From: an uncultured Thermoplasmata archaeon | GTDB taxonomy: Archaea > Thermoplasmatota > DTKX01 > DATEUP01 | Assembly: GCA_965541515.1 (NCBI GenBank) | Contig: CBEUCC010000003.1 | Coordinates: 1-47,416, forward strand | Direction: 5' to 3' | Length of the DNA stretch: 47,416 nt | In this document: positions 8,779 to 18,787 of the stretch, piece by piece | Layout of the letters: the number at the start of each line of letters is the position of its first letter | Numbering within the stretch: position 1 is the stretch's first letter | Program-made: the position numbers and the translations under genes | The notes under the pieces: model-generated | Told to the model about the DNA's origin: nothing | Seen by the model: only the letters and a program-made list of their open reading frames with translations | Databases searched by the model: none

Positions 8779-9746
8779 AGGTCACGACCATGGCCGGCTT
8801 CGACCCCCAGAAGTTCGTGGACGAGGCGGTCGAGCAGGTCAAGCAGGCGGTTGGCGACTCGACGGCCGTCATCGGTGCGTCGGGCGGCGTGGACTCCACC
8901 GTCGCGGCCGCGGTCGGCGCCAAGGCGCTTGGCCCCAACCTCACCGCGGTCTTCGTCGACACGGGGCTGCTGCGCAAGGGCGAGGCGGAGTGGGCGGAGG
9001 CGATGCTGAGCACGCTCGGCCTGCACCTCGTGCATGCCAAGGCGGCGCCGGAGTTCCTCGACGCGCTCAGGGGCGTGACGGACCCCGAGACGAAGCGCCG
9101 CGTCATCGGCGAGAAGTTCATCCGCGTGTTCGAGCGGGAGGCCGAGAAGTCGAACGCAAAGTTCCTGATGCAGGGGACGATCGCCCCCGACTGGATCGAG
9201 TCGGGCGGGGGGGCCCGCGACACGATCAAGTCGCACCACAATGTGGGCGGCCTTCCGGCAGACCTCAAGCTCACCATCATCGAGCCGCTGCGCGACCTCT
9301 ACAAGGACGAAGTGCGGAAGGTGGCCAGGCACCTCGGCCTCTCCGTGGCCGAGAGGCAGCCGTTCCCTGGCCCGGGGCTGGCGGTGCGGTGCCTCGGCGA
9401 GTGCACGCCCGAGCGCCTGGAGGTCGTGCGGGAGGCGTGTGCCATCGTCGAGGAGGAGATCGACAAGGCGGTGGCGACCGGCACGATGGAGGCCCCCTGG
9501 CAGTACTTCGCGGCGCTGCTCCCGGTGAGGAGCGTCGGGGTGCACGGCGACCTGCGCGCCTATGGGGAGACGGTGGTCGTGCGCGCAGTCCACTCGATCG
9601 ATGGGATGAGCGCCGCCTACTCGAAGGTGCCCCACGAGACGCTGGACCGGATATCCGTGCGGATTACCAACACGCTGAAGGCGAGCGTGAACCGCGTGGT
9701 GTATGATGTCTCGAACAAGCCGCCGGCGACCGTGGAGTGGGAGTAG
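8775..9746 (+). CDS. guaAB: GMP synthase (glutamine-hydrolysing) subunit B, ATP pyrophosphatase
   Basis: SGGVDS PP-loop, DPETKRRVIG, IKSHHNVGGLP, RQPFPGPGLAVR, terminal KPPATVEWE. No GATase domain. ATGA overlap with purE. Confidence 0.95.
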   Translation: MKVTTMAGFDPQKFVDEAVEQVKQAVGDSTAVIGASGGVDSTVAAAVGAKALGPNLTAVFVDTGLLRKGEAEWAEAMLSTLGLHLVHAKAAPEFLDALRGVTDPETKRRVIGEKFIRVFEREAEKSNAKFLMQGTIAPDWIESGGGARDTIKSHHNVGGLPADLKLTIIEPLRDLYKDEVRKVARHLGLSVAERQPFPGPGLAVRCLGECTPERLEVVREACAIVEEEIDKAVATGTMEAPWQYFAALLPVRSVGVHGDLRAYGETVVVRAVHSIDGMSAAYSKVPHETLDRISVRITNTLKASVNRVVYDVSNKPPATVEWE

Positions 9747-9818
9747 GCGGCCGGCCCCGGCCCGGCCAAACCAGGCCGATGCGGATGGACATCGGTGGTC
9801 TACGGCTCCCTCGCGGAA

Positions 9819-10364
9819 CTACACCTGCGGCGTCTCCCCGCCGAACGAGTACCCCGAGAACTCGATCTGGACCAGTCCGTCTTTGATGCCCATCGCCAAC
9901 TGCTCGAGCGGGCGGTTGGGCGGGCCGAACAGAACTTTGCCGGCGTCGTAGGGGTCGAACGTGCACATGTGGCATGGGTCGATGATAACGTCGTGCTCGG
10001 CCACGGGCAAGGGCAGGAGGGATCCGGCCTCCTCCTCTGTTCGCCAGAGGCATGTGCACCCCAGGTGCGTGCACTTGGCGTTGTACGCGGCAAACCCCGT
10101 GGCCACGACGCCCCGCATTTCGGGGTCTACATCCCCCTCCTCGAGGTAAAGGACAACAACGTCGATCTCGAGCGCCTCGATGGTCCCGTAGTAGGGGCCG
10201 GTGATCCCGAGCGGCTTTCGGGGCCCAAGCGACCGGAGCACCTGCTCGCCGCCGAGGATCGCGCCCGCGATCCCCGCGGCTACCCCGAGCCCGACGGCGG
10301 CCTCCTTGAGGAAGAGCCGGCGCGAGGTGTCGGGCCCCCGCCGCGCAGCCGCGCGGGGTTCCAC
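9819..10364 (-). CDS. Tat-exported Rieske-type [2Fe-2S] protein with atypical box II (DPCH)
   Basis: Twin-arginine motif SRRLFLK followed by a hydrophobic helix. Box I is AYNAKCTHLGC, box II is DPCHMCTFDP, and the C-terminus has VLFGPPNRPLEQL. Confidence 0.85.
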   Translation of the reverse strand: MEPRAAARRGPDTSRRLFLKEAAVGLGVAAGIAGAILGGEQVLRSLGPRKPLGITGPYYGTIEALEIDVVVLYLEEGDVDPEMRGVVATGFAAYNAKCTHLGCTCLWRTEEEAGSLLPLPVAEHDVIIDPCHMCTFDPYDAGKVLFGPPNRPLEQLAMGIKDGLVQIEFSGYSFGGETPQV

Positions 10365-10386
10365 TCCGACCCACGCCCCTCGGGTG

Positions 10387-10638
10387 CTACTCCGCTTTGG
10401 CCCGCCGGCGGCGAACTAACTCTAGGTTTTCGCCCTTGAGGCGTGCCTCCAGGACCTCGCCCGACCGTGGCGAAAGGCTGCTCGCAATGTTCGGGTCCAA
10501 GGGGATGACCACGCGAGCGGACCGGCCGCGAGGGGGCTCTTCCACCCACTCAACGTCCATTCCGGCGACCTCGACCCACTCGCCCTCCGGCAGGGCTTCA
10601 AGGTCTTCCGCCGAGCGGATCCGTCGCTTGGTCATCAT
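10387..10638 (-). CDS. Putative antitoxin with an AbrB/MazE-like C-terminal half
   Basis: 83 aa, ATGA-coupled directly downstream of the BrnT-like toxin. Acidic N-terminal half. RVVIP...SLSPRSGEVLEARLKGENLELVR resembles the AbrB pattern. Confidence 0.6.
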   Translation of the reverse strand: MMTKRRIRSAEDLEALPEGEWVEVAGMDVEWVEEPPRGRSARVVIPLDPNIASSLSPRSGEVLEARLKGENLELVRRRRAKAE

Positions 10639-10907
10639 CTCCCCTTCCCCCGCTTTCGCAATAAGCGTTTCTCAGCCCCGCTAGCGAGACGGGCAGTGAC
10701 CAAGCCAACGAACCCGGGGCGCCCCTGGATGGGTTCGTAGACGACGACAAGCGCGCGGCCGTGCCCGCGGGCAATCACCGTGTAACGACCCCCCGCCCGT
10801 CGCACATAATGGTCTCCCGCCAGCGCTTCGTCCACGTCCCAGCGCGTTAGCCCGTGCCGAAGGATATGGATGAGATCCTCATCATTCCACGCGATTCGGA
10901 CGGACAC
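10635..10907 (-). CDS. BrnT-family (DUF497, RelE-like fold) ribonuclease toxin
   Basis: 90 aa and basic, with IAWND...HILRHGL...VDEAL...GRYTVIA...ALVVVYE...LVTARLASGAEKRL matching the BrnT pattern W...KHG...R...VV...ISAR.A...E. Confidence 0.75.
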   Translation of the reverse strand: MSVRIAWNDEDLIHILRHGLTRWDVDEALAGDHYVRRAGGRYTVIARGHGRALVVVYEPIQGRPGFVGLVTARLASGAEKRLLRKRGKGR

Positions 10908-11021
10908 GCGCAGGGGGCGGTATGACCCACCAAATGCGCTTCGTGATTGCTATCGCTCGATTCCTGATTATTCCGTCCGCAGTCGGGGCGAAAGCCCCGG
11001 ACAGGCGCTTCCGCGCGCCGC

Positions 11022-11606
11022 TTACCGCACCTGGTGCAGCCCCGCCGGCGGGCTGAGCCACTTGATCGAGCATCCCATCGCCATGGTCACGGGCTCGGCG
11101 ACCATCCCGCCCTCGAGCACTGCCTGGGTGGCGTCGCGCAGGTCGTGCTTCTTCGCGTCTGCCGCCACCTTGTGGCCGTCGTCGATCCGCCCGTGGTACG
11201 CGAGCTTGCGGTCCGGCCCGAAGACGAAGAACTCGGGCGTGCACTGGGCGCCATAGGCCTTTGCAACCTCCTGCGTCTCGTCACGAAGGTAGGTGAAATT
11301 GAAGCCCTTCGCGGCGGCGCGCTTCTTCATGTCGTCGAACGAGTCCTCCGGGTACACCGTCTCGTCGTTCGGGTTGATGCACACGAGCTGCGCGCCCTTG
11401 GGGCCAAAGTCGCGCTGGAAGGCGATCATGCGCTCCTCCGCCGCCTGGACATAGGGGCAGTGGTTGCAGGAGAAGCAGATGACGAGCGCCTTCTTGTCCT
11501 CAAAGGATCCGAGCGTGTAGGTGCTGTCGTCTGTGCCCGGAAGCGAAAAATCGGGGGCGCTCTCTCCTATCTGGATAGCCTTGGTTGCGTCCGAGTAGCT
11601 GGCCAT
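11022..11606 (-). CDS. Thioredoxin-fold AhpC/TSA family protein (PRX_like1)
   Basis: GESAPDFSLPG, CNHCPYV, DETQEVAKAYGAQCTPEFF, YHGRIDD and GCSIKW. Start taken at ATG 11606, with a TAAATA-like box upstream. Confidence 0.9.
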   Translation of the reverse strand: MASYSDATKAIQIGESAPDFSLPGTDDSTYTLGSFEDKKALVICFSCNHCPYVQAAEERMIAFQRDFGPKGAQLVCINPNDETVYPEDSFDDMKKRAAAKGFNFTYLRDETQEVAKAYGAQCTPEFFVFGPDRKLAYHGRIDDGHKVAADAKKHDLRDATQAVLEGGMVAEPVTMAMGCSIKWLSPPAGLHQVR

Positions 11607-11628
11607 GGCGCGTGCGAGCGCGGGGGGG

Positions 11629-14600
11629 CTATTTACGGATTTCCGCCAACCGGCGGCGGCGGTCTGCCAGCGCCACAACCATGAAGGCAACAGCTACGGC
11701 CAGGGGGCCCACGGACGGCAGGCCTGTTTCGGGGGGAGCCGATACTTCCACGTCGCTCCGGATCGCGTTGTTCGTTTCATTGAGGTCCAAGTAGGACGGG
11801 GAGCCGAATGAACCCATAGCCCCCCCGGTATCCACCCATACAGACAGTGGCCGGATGCCCCATTCGTTCGGAGTCCACTGGATGCTGATTTCCACCCACC
11901 CGCCGGCAGCGATGGGCGGGAGCATCTCGCGTGCAACCGAGGTGTTCCCGTCAAAGACCTCCACGGCCATCCCCTCGCCCGACGGGTAACTGCCGATGTT
12001 CGCAACACGGAACATGACTTGTACCATTTCTCCAGCTACAGGGACCGTCGGGGTCCAGACGAGGTCGCTCGGCCGCAAGTCAGGCGCCTGCCGGTCGATC
12101 ATGAGGATGACCCCCGCTCCTTCTTGACCGCTGGACTCCGCCCAGGCGGAGAACTCCATATGGAGGCCAGTCCCCATATGCGGGTAGGCCACACGGAGCT
12201 CAACAAGGGCAGTCTCGCCTGGCTCGAGCAGGATGGGGACACTGGTCCAACTCGAGTTTCCCAGGAGCACCGGGACCTCGCCGGCCAGGAAGAAACTCCA
12301 CCCAAAGTCGGGAAGCAGATCCAACGTATTCAGCCGCACAAGGTCGGCCGAATTGCCGGTGTTCGTAACCGTGAGGTAGAACGTGGCGTTGGATCCCGGC
12401 CGGGCTGTCGTGCGGTTCTGCGCCACCGAGATCTCGACGGCGAACCAAGGCTCCACCGTGACCGTGATGGGCACCACGAATTCCCGGCCCGACGCAAACG
12501 CGACCCGGATATCGAATCGGTAGTCCCCCGCAAGCGCCGCCTCGCTTACGCCAACCGCGACACCGATCTCCGGGCGGTCCCCGGGCTGCATGAGGAGCGA
12601 GAAAGCCGATGTCCCGGAGTCGTTGAACTCGGCGGTCCACCCCGACGGTAGCCGCTCGATGGAGGCGTTCACGACGTCCGGCGCGTTGGCCCTGTTGATC
12701 AGCGGGATCGAAAAGCCCGCTTGCCGCCCCGGCTTGACGCTCAGCGCGACGGAGTCGACGAGGACGTCGGGGCTGTGGACCGCGGCGACCACCACCTCCA
12801 CGCACGCGCTCGCGTTTGCGGAGAACTCATCCGCCTCCGCCACCAGGCAGTAGGTCGACGACTCGCCGGCCAGCGCGCTTGAGGGCACGGTTCGGAAAAA
12901 CCAGACGGTCTCCTGCAACCCGCTATCCATTTGGAGGACGGTGCGGTCGAGCGTAGCCGACCAACCCGAGAAGCTGCCGACACCCGTCATACTCAGGTTG
13001 ACCTCGGCATCGCGATACAGGTTCCCAAAGGACTTCACCGTGAAGGGCACGGTCGCACCAGAGCCCGGAGCGACGACGACGACGCTCTCGCTGAGAGTCA
13101 CGTTCAACCAGAATCGCGTCTCCACCTCGAAGGCGAAAAAGACGGCCCCGGTCGACACGTAGCTGTCCGCCGTCCAGGCGCGCAACCGCAGGGTCGACGG
13201 CCCCACGCCTGGGGCGTTGGGCGCCACCAAGAGCGTGAAATTGACATCCAGGCGTTCCCCCGCGGTCAGGTTGACGATGTGACGATCGGGCTGCACGGTA
13301 ACACCTGACTGCAGGATACCGCTGTCGGCCACAATGGTGACACCCGTCTCCTCGACCTCGCCTGTGTTCTCCAGCGCTACGGAAAACGGCCACTCCGACC
13401 CAGGGGGGACGGGCCCAAGGTTCGGCGGCCCCTCCAACGTCAATCCGCGCGTCACACGGACGATGTGGTGGAAAACGAGTTCACGCTCCCGGGGAATGGG
13501 GCAGTTGTCGGTGGCCCGAACCGCGTAGCTCGCATTTGCGCCGTCGGCACCGTCGGGTGGCGCCGTGATCGTAACGGTCGTGTTGGCCCCCTGACCCGGC
13601 AATACGTCGGTCAGGCTGCCCGCGCCAAGCGATACGGACCAGCCCGCGCCCTGCGCGGGCACCGGCAACTCGTACGTGAGGTTCAGGTCCACCGGGACGA
13701 CGCCTGTGTTTCGGACAGTGAGGTTGATCACCCGCGACTGCCCGAGGCGCATGGAGAAAGCGGCGGCGTAGTCCGTCGGGTCATATCGGAACTCGAAACC
13801 GCACGGCCTGCTGTGGGCATAGTAGACCTCGGGGTCACCCGTCTCATCGCTTACCCAGGCGACATAGAGCGTGCCGTCCGGAGCCGTCGTTACCCAGGGT
13901 TGTGTCGCGTTCCCCGCGTCGTCCGTCAGGTAATGCGACTCGCTGAACGTCCACCCACCCGTGCCGTCCGGAGTCGAGAATGTGAACTTGACCCGGAAGC
14001 GCGCTTCCGTGGAATCGTATTCCGACCATACGATTATCGCACGCCCGTCGTTGAGCCCCGCGACGCGCACGCTATCGGGGTTCCGGGGTCCCGTGATTTG
14101 GCTCCCATTCACCAAGAGCGTTCCGTTGGTCGCGACTGCATCGTAGAACAATGCACCCGCCCGCTCCCAGACGGCGTGCATGGTCCGGTCGGGCGTGGCG
14201 GCGACCTCGGGCACCACGATGAATGAGGGTGTCGTCCAGAGGTTCACGGGCTGAGGCAAGTCCATCGCGCCCGTCTCGTTGTACCGCATGAGCCACGAAC
14301 TGTACCCGTCCGTATACGAAAGGAGTAGGCTCTCCGCCAGCCGGTCATACCTGAGCCAGGTGAGGGCCGGCAGTGGAGGGGGGAACGGCGGGACGACCTG
14401 CTGCGTGTGGACGGGCCGGTTGGTCCATAGCTCCTGCCCGTCGACGGAAACCGCGTCTAGGGTGGTGTTCACGTCCTCCGTGTGAACAATCCATACCTCG
14501 TCGTCGCCTCGGACCGCAAGCGAGGGGCCATAAGACCTGATGGTGTCGTTGGGGCCGAGGCGTTTCTCCGGCACAATCGCCGTCCCGTCGAGTCCGAACT

Positions 14601-15057
14601 TCGCATAGGAGATGTTGTAGAACGGGAATCCCTCCTCACGCACGAAGTGGATGTCCCCCTGACTGTCGACCCCCAGTTGGCTCCCGCGGGGCCGGCCATA
14701 GGATGAAACGTGCGGCGAGAGGAAGGTGGCGGCCTCCTCGACCTGGCCGCTCACATTGACCCGCGAAAACCAATAGCCGTCGTCCCCTGACCGGTTAGCC
14801 GTCCAGAAGACGGTCGCAGAACGGTTTTCGGACACGTGGATCTCCGGGTGCCGGTCCCACCCGGGGTCGTCCGTAACGCGCACGACGTCCGACCACTGGA
14901 TGCCGCCGATGGTCTCCCCGGCGGGAGCGGCGTCCGGGGTGGGGGAGGCCTCTGCCGACGCGGGGAACTGAACGAGCGTCGCGGCGAGCAGCGCTGCCAC
15001 TATCCGGGCTGCCAGCCTCTTCCCAGGGGGGTTCCGATCGGGTGGGGCTCCCCGCAC
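11629..15057 (-). CDS. Surface-protein array copy 1: signal peptide, beta-propeller head, several NEW3/Ig domains, CARDB, C-terminal TM with basic tail
   Basis: 1142 aa. Signal LAARIVAALLAATLVQFPASAEA, blade motifs (GVDSQGDIHFV, TPDRTMHAVW, APDGTLYVAWVSDETGDPEVYY), repeated V-x-N-x-G modules, a CARDB end (DLNETNN) and tail GLPSVGPLAVAVAFMVVALADRRRR. Confidence 0.85.
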   Translation of the reverse strand: MRGAPPDRNPPGKRLAARIVAALLAATLVQFPASAEASPTPDAAPAGETIGGIQWSDVVRVTDDPGWDRHPEIHVSENRSATVFWTANRSGDDGYWFSRVNVSGQVEEAATFLSPHVSSYGRPRGSQLGVDSQGDIHFVREEGFPFYNISYAKFGLDGTAIVPEKRLGPNDTIRSYGPSLAVRGDDEVWIVHTEDVNTTLDAVSVDGQELWTNRPVHTQQVVPPFPPPLPALTWLRYDRLAESLLLSYTDGYSSWLMRYNETGAMDLPQPVNLWTTPSFIVVPEVAATPDRTMHAVWERAGALFYDAVATNGTLLVNGSQITGPRNPDSVRVAGLNDGRAIIVWSEYDSTEARFRVKFTFSTPDGTGGWTFSESHYLTDDAGNATQPWVTTAPDGTLYVAWVSDETGDPEVYYAHSRPCGFEFRYDPTDYAAAFSMRLGQSRVINLTVRNTGVVPVDLNLTYELPVPAQGAGWSVSLGAGSLTDVLPGQGANTTVTITAPPDGADGANASYAVRATDNCPIPRERELVFHHIVRVTRGLTLEGPPNLGPVPPGSEWPFSVALENTGEVEETGVTIVADSGILQSGVTVQPDRHIVNLTAGERLDVNFTLLVAPNAPGVGPSTLRLRAWTADSYVSTGAVFFAFEVETRFWLNVTLSESVVVVAPGSGATVPFTVKSFGNLYRDAEVNLSMTGVGSFSGWSATLDRTVLQMDSGLQETVWFFRTVPSSALAGESSTYCLVAEADEFSANASACVEVVVAAVHSPDVLVDSVALSVKPGRQAGFSIPLINRANAPDVVNASIERLPSGWTAEFNDSGTSAFSLLMQPGDRPEIGVAVGVSEAALAGDYRFDIRVAFASGREFVVPITVTVEPWFAVEISVAQNRTTARPGSNATFYLTVTNTGNSADLVRLNTLDLLPDFGWSFFLAGEVPVLLGNSSWTSVPILLEPGETALVELRVAYPHMGTGLHMEFSAWAESSGQEGAGVILMIDRQAPDLRPSDLVWTPTVPVAGEMVQVMFRVANIGSYPSGEGMAVEVFDGNTSVAREMLPPIAAGGWVEISIQWTPNEWGIRPLSVWVDTGGAMGSFGSPSYLDLNETNNAIRSDVEVSAPPETGLPSVGPLAVAVAFMVVALADRRRRLAEIRK

Positions 15058-15127
15058 ACCGTGGCCTGGCGGTGGCGGCTATTTGTCCTTTCGGCTACGG
15101 GCGTCCGACGTTGAACGGCTAGGGGGT

Positions 15128-18100
15128 CTAGCCTACTCGTCCCGGCGGCGGCCGCTCGGGCCACCATCGGTTGCGCCCCCGGCGGTAGAGCGCGAACGCG
15201 ACGACCAAGAAGGCCACGGAGGCGATCATCACCACGACGGCCACCACGCCTAGCGACGACGTATCTACGGGCGGCCGGGGAGCCGGCTGGACGTACGATT
15301 TCAAGGACCGGACGTCGTTCTCCGCATTGTAATCCGCCGGCCCCGAGACGGTAACGATGTAGAACGAGAGGACGTGGAGCCCTGCCTTGGGGTTCCACGG
15401 GATGTCCAGCACCACCGCCTCTCCCGGGGCTACGCTCCCGAGCGTGCGCTGGAACACCACCCCATCCGCCACCGCGAATCCGACGTACCCCTCCCCGCTT
15501 TCCCGTTGGCCCCGGTTCTCGACCGTGACCGCGAAGTGAACGGTCTGGCCTTCGACGGGGCGCTCGCTGGGGCCCTCCACGCTGGCCACTGCCAGGTCGG
15601 GCCAGGGGATCTCGAGGTGCAGCCGGTAGTACTGCAGGTCTCCTGTGGAGGAATTTAGCCACAGGGTGAAGTTGGTTCCACGGACGTAGAGGTCCTCAGG
15701 GACCGATAGTACCAGCGATACGACCGCAGTCCCAAACGGCTCAAGCGTAATTCGTCGGTCCAACAGGGGGGTGGGCTCCCCCGCTCCGCCGGCGTTCTCG
15801 AGGTAGAACAGCGGCCACAAATGCGGTAGCTGCCCCATCGAGTCGGCGAGGCCAAGGACAATCGACATGCCGGCGTTGCGCGAGCTCGTCACCTGAAATG
15901 TGTACGTGGCCTGCGTGCCCGGGAGGGCTCGCGCGTGGATCGTGCCGATCTCCACATCCGCTTCTCCAAGCGCGACCACCGCGGCGGTCATGATGGGTAC
16001 AGGCGCCGCGCAGCTCTCGCCTATGGCGCTGATGCCGAATTCGTAGAGGCCGGCCAGCGTATCCCAGGGGGCGACCACCTCCCACGTCAGGTTTCGGGCG
16101 CCGAAGGCCGGGACCTCGACGTCCGTGATGGTTGACCCGTTCTCTAGAACCGCCGCACCCCAGTCCGAGGGGAGCCCGATGAACGAGAAACTGGCGCTGC
16201 CGTTGTGGTTTCCCTCGTTCTCGATGGACAGGGCCGCCTCTTTCGCGCCGCCAGGCACCAGGGCTGCTAGGGGGTCAACCGTCAGCGAGAAAGCGCACGA
16301 ATGGCGGACCACCGTCGTTATCGTTGTGCGGCCCTCGGCCGCGTAGTTGGCCGAGAACCCCGTCACCACGAGTTCCAGCCGGGTTCCGGCCAGGGCGTCC
16401 GGGGCCGCGAAAACCTGCAACTCAAAGTCGGTAGATTGGCCGCCGCCCAGGTACGCGATACTGCGGTCGATCGTTGCCATCCACCCGGGGAAGCCCGTGG
16501 GTTTCTGAGCGTTCACGTCGATCTTGACCGCCCTTGGGAGGTTTCCCACGTTTGCTACATTGATTGTGAAGTTGGCTGTTTCACCCCCGAGGATCTGCAT
16601 TTCGGTCGGCGTGGGCGTCAGGACGATGTCAATGGCCGACGCGGTGATGACCGTAAGTTGCATGGTCGCTCGGACGGTCGTGTCGATGCTTGAGTAGGCC
16701 GCGATCTGGAAGAGGCCTGGCACGGCGCCGGGCGCGTTCTCCGGGACCGTGATGAACACGGTGAAGTTCGTGGACCTCCCGGGGTCGAGTGACACCTCCG
16801 ACTTGGAGAGTTTGACGGGCCAGTCGTCCCCTGCACCGAAGACGTGTAGCAACTGAATGTTTTCCTCGCGGACGTCACCATTGTTCTTGATGAATAGACC
16901 GAACGATACAGTTTCGCCGGTCTTCCCCGACTTCTGGGACTCGCCGTTCAGCCGCAGCTCCCGGGAGATGACCACATAGGTCGGGACGACGAGCCGGTCT
17001 GCGCAGATGCCGCTGGCCGATTCGAGATAGATGATGATCGTGGCGTTGTCGCCCCTGACCGCACTCAGCGGGGCGCTTACCGTGAGGTTGAACCGGGCCG
17101 CCCGGCCGGGCATCACGCTAGGAAAGTCCGTCGGCGCCACGTCCACCATCCAATTCGCGGGCGCGTCGTGCTCGATCCGTACAGTGAAGTTGTCCGGCAG
17201 GATCCCGTCGTTCAGCGCGGCGAGCGGGAAGACCTTCGTCTCGTTGGGGTGGATGAAGAACATATTCGCGAGGTTAATCGGGTTGTAGTCAATCTTGCAC
17301 CGGCTGACCACGCCGAGCGCGTAGTATACCTCCTGCTGACCGTCCCGCACATCCACCCAGGCGACGAGCGGGTCCCCCGCCGAGGTGGTAGCGACCGCCG
17401 GCTGGCTCGCGCCCACCGTGGAGTTCGTGATCTGGCGGGGCTGCACCTGGTCGAGCGATTGGGACGGGTCGAGCGGTGCGATCATGACCTGGGGGACGCC
17501 CGCCCGGCTCTCCTCCCACACGACAAAGACGGTGCCGTCGCTTGCGGCCGCGAGCCGCGGGGACCCCAAGGCACTGCCGTTGCCGGCAAGTGCGTAGCCG
17601 TCGACGACCCGCATGCCGGTCGCGTTCACCATGCTGTAGTAGACGGTCCCTCCGTCGACCCACGCGACGTGCATACTCCCGTTGGGCGCGGAGGTCACGT
17701 CCGCCGCTTTCCGGTCTCCCGAGGAGCGGAGCGCGACCGTTCCCATATCCTGGATCCCGAACGTGTTGAAGCGCGCGAGGTATAGCCCCTGGTCGGTCCC
17801 CATGGTGAACACGATGTTCCCGTTGTATGGGTCGGCCTTGACCACAGGGGTGCTGGAAGACATCATTAGAAAGTCCGAGGAGACGACGCGGTCGATCGAG
17901 GTATCGGAGCCGTCGTTTTGGAGCTTGTCGAAGGCGATGTCGGCGACGCGGTAGCGCTCCTCGATGTGGGCAATATGGACGGTGCCGTCGGGGGCGATGG
18001 TGAGCGACGGCAGCCTTGTGGAGTAGCTGTCGGACGGCCCAACGCGCCGAGCGTCGACGATCACGGTGCCGCCCTCGTCGATCTTGGTGTAGTTGATGTC

Positions 18101-18549
18101 CGCCCACCCCTCGTCGTAGATCACGTGGAAGTCCCCGCTCGAGTCGCGCGCGATGTTCTGGGCGACGGGCACCACGCCCCCGACCTCGTCCGCGACCCGG
18201 TTCGAGATGTAGGCGGGTCCCCACTGGATTCCGCTCAAGGGTCCGGCGTCGGCGGCGTAGTAGGCCTCGCTCGTCCCGCTCCCGTGCCGCCAGATGAAGT
18301 GCGCCACCCCGTTCGAGTCGACCGAAAGTTGCGGGTCGAAGTCCGGCTCGGAGCTGTTGGTCAGGCGCTGCGCATCGTACCAGAGGTAGGCGCCCGGGGG
18401 GATGGACTGGGTGGTCGGAGGGGTAGTTCCGGCCGTGGCTGTCGCGGTCGCCGTAAGGACGGGCGCGAGGAGAAAGAGGAGCGCGATGGCTCCCGCGAGG
18501 CCCGGGGACTTCCCCCCTTCATGGTGATTGGTTGCCAGATCGACCCCAT
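15128..18549 (-). CDS. Surface-protein array copy 2; N-terminus out of frame at a G6 tract, or initiated at CTG 18538
   Basis: The main frame is open well upstream of the ORF-track start 18307 and encodes a signal peptide (GGKSPGLAGAIALLFLLAPVLTATATA) but has no in-frame ATG/GTG/TTG. ATGs at 18549 and 18522 are one base out of frame across C6 at 18512-18517. Architecture matches copies 1 and 4. Confidence 0.75.
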
Positions 18550-18787
18550 TTGCTCTTGCGGGAGGGGCGTATTTGTTGGTTGTGGATTTCGGGAGCCCAT
18601 TCCTGGACGATCGCGGGGGGGCTGAACTCAGGCGGCGATTCTCACTCCCGCCTCGGCGGCCACCTCTCGTTCCGCTCGTGCCGGCGGGTGCCCGCCGCGC
18701 CGACCAAAAACGCGACCGAAACCAACAACGCCGCGGGACGCAGCAGCCACCCAGCCCCTTGAATGGGCGGTCCCGAATGCTTCGGTT

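Noticed and set aside
18511-18519. Programmed -1 ribosomal frameshift at the G-tract
   Set aside because: G GGG GGA is a poor match to efficient X XXY YYZ slippery sites (Y is normally A or U). An indel or a CTG start is more parsimonious.
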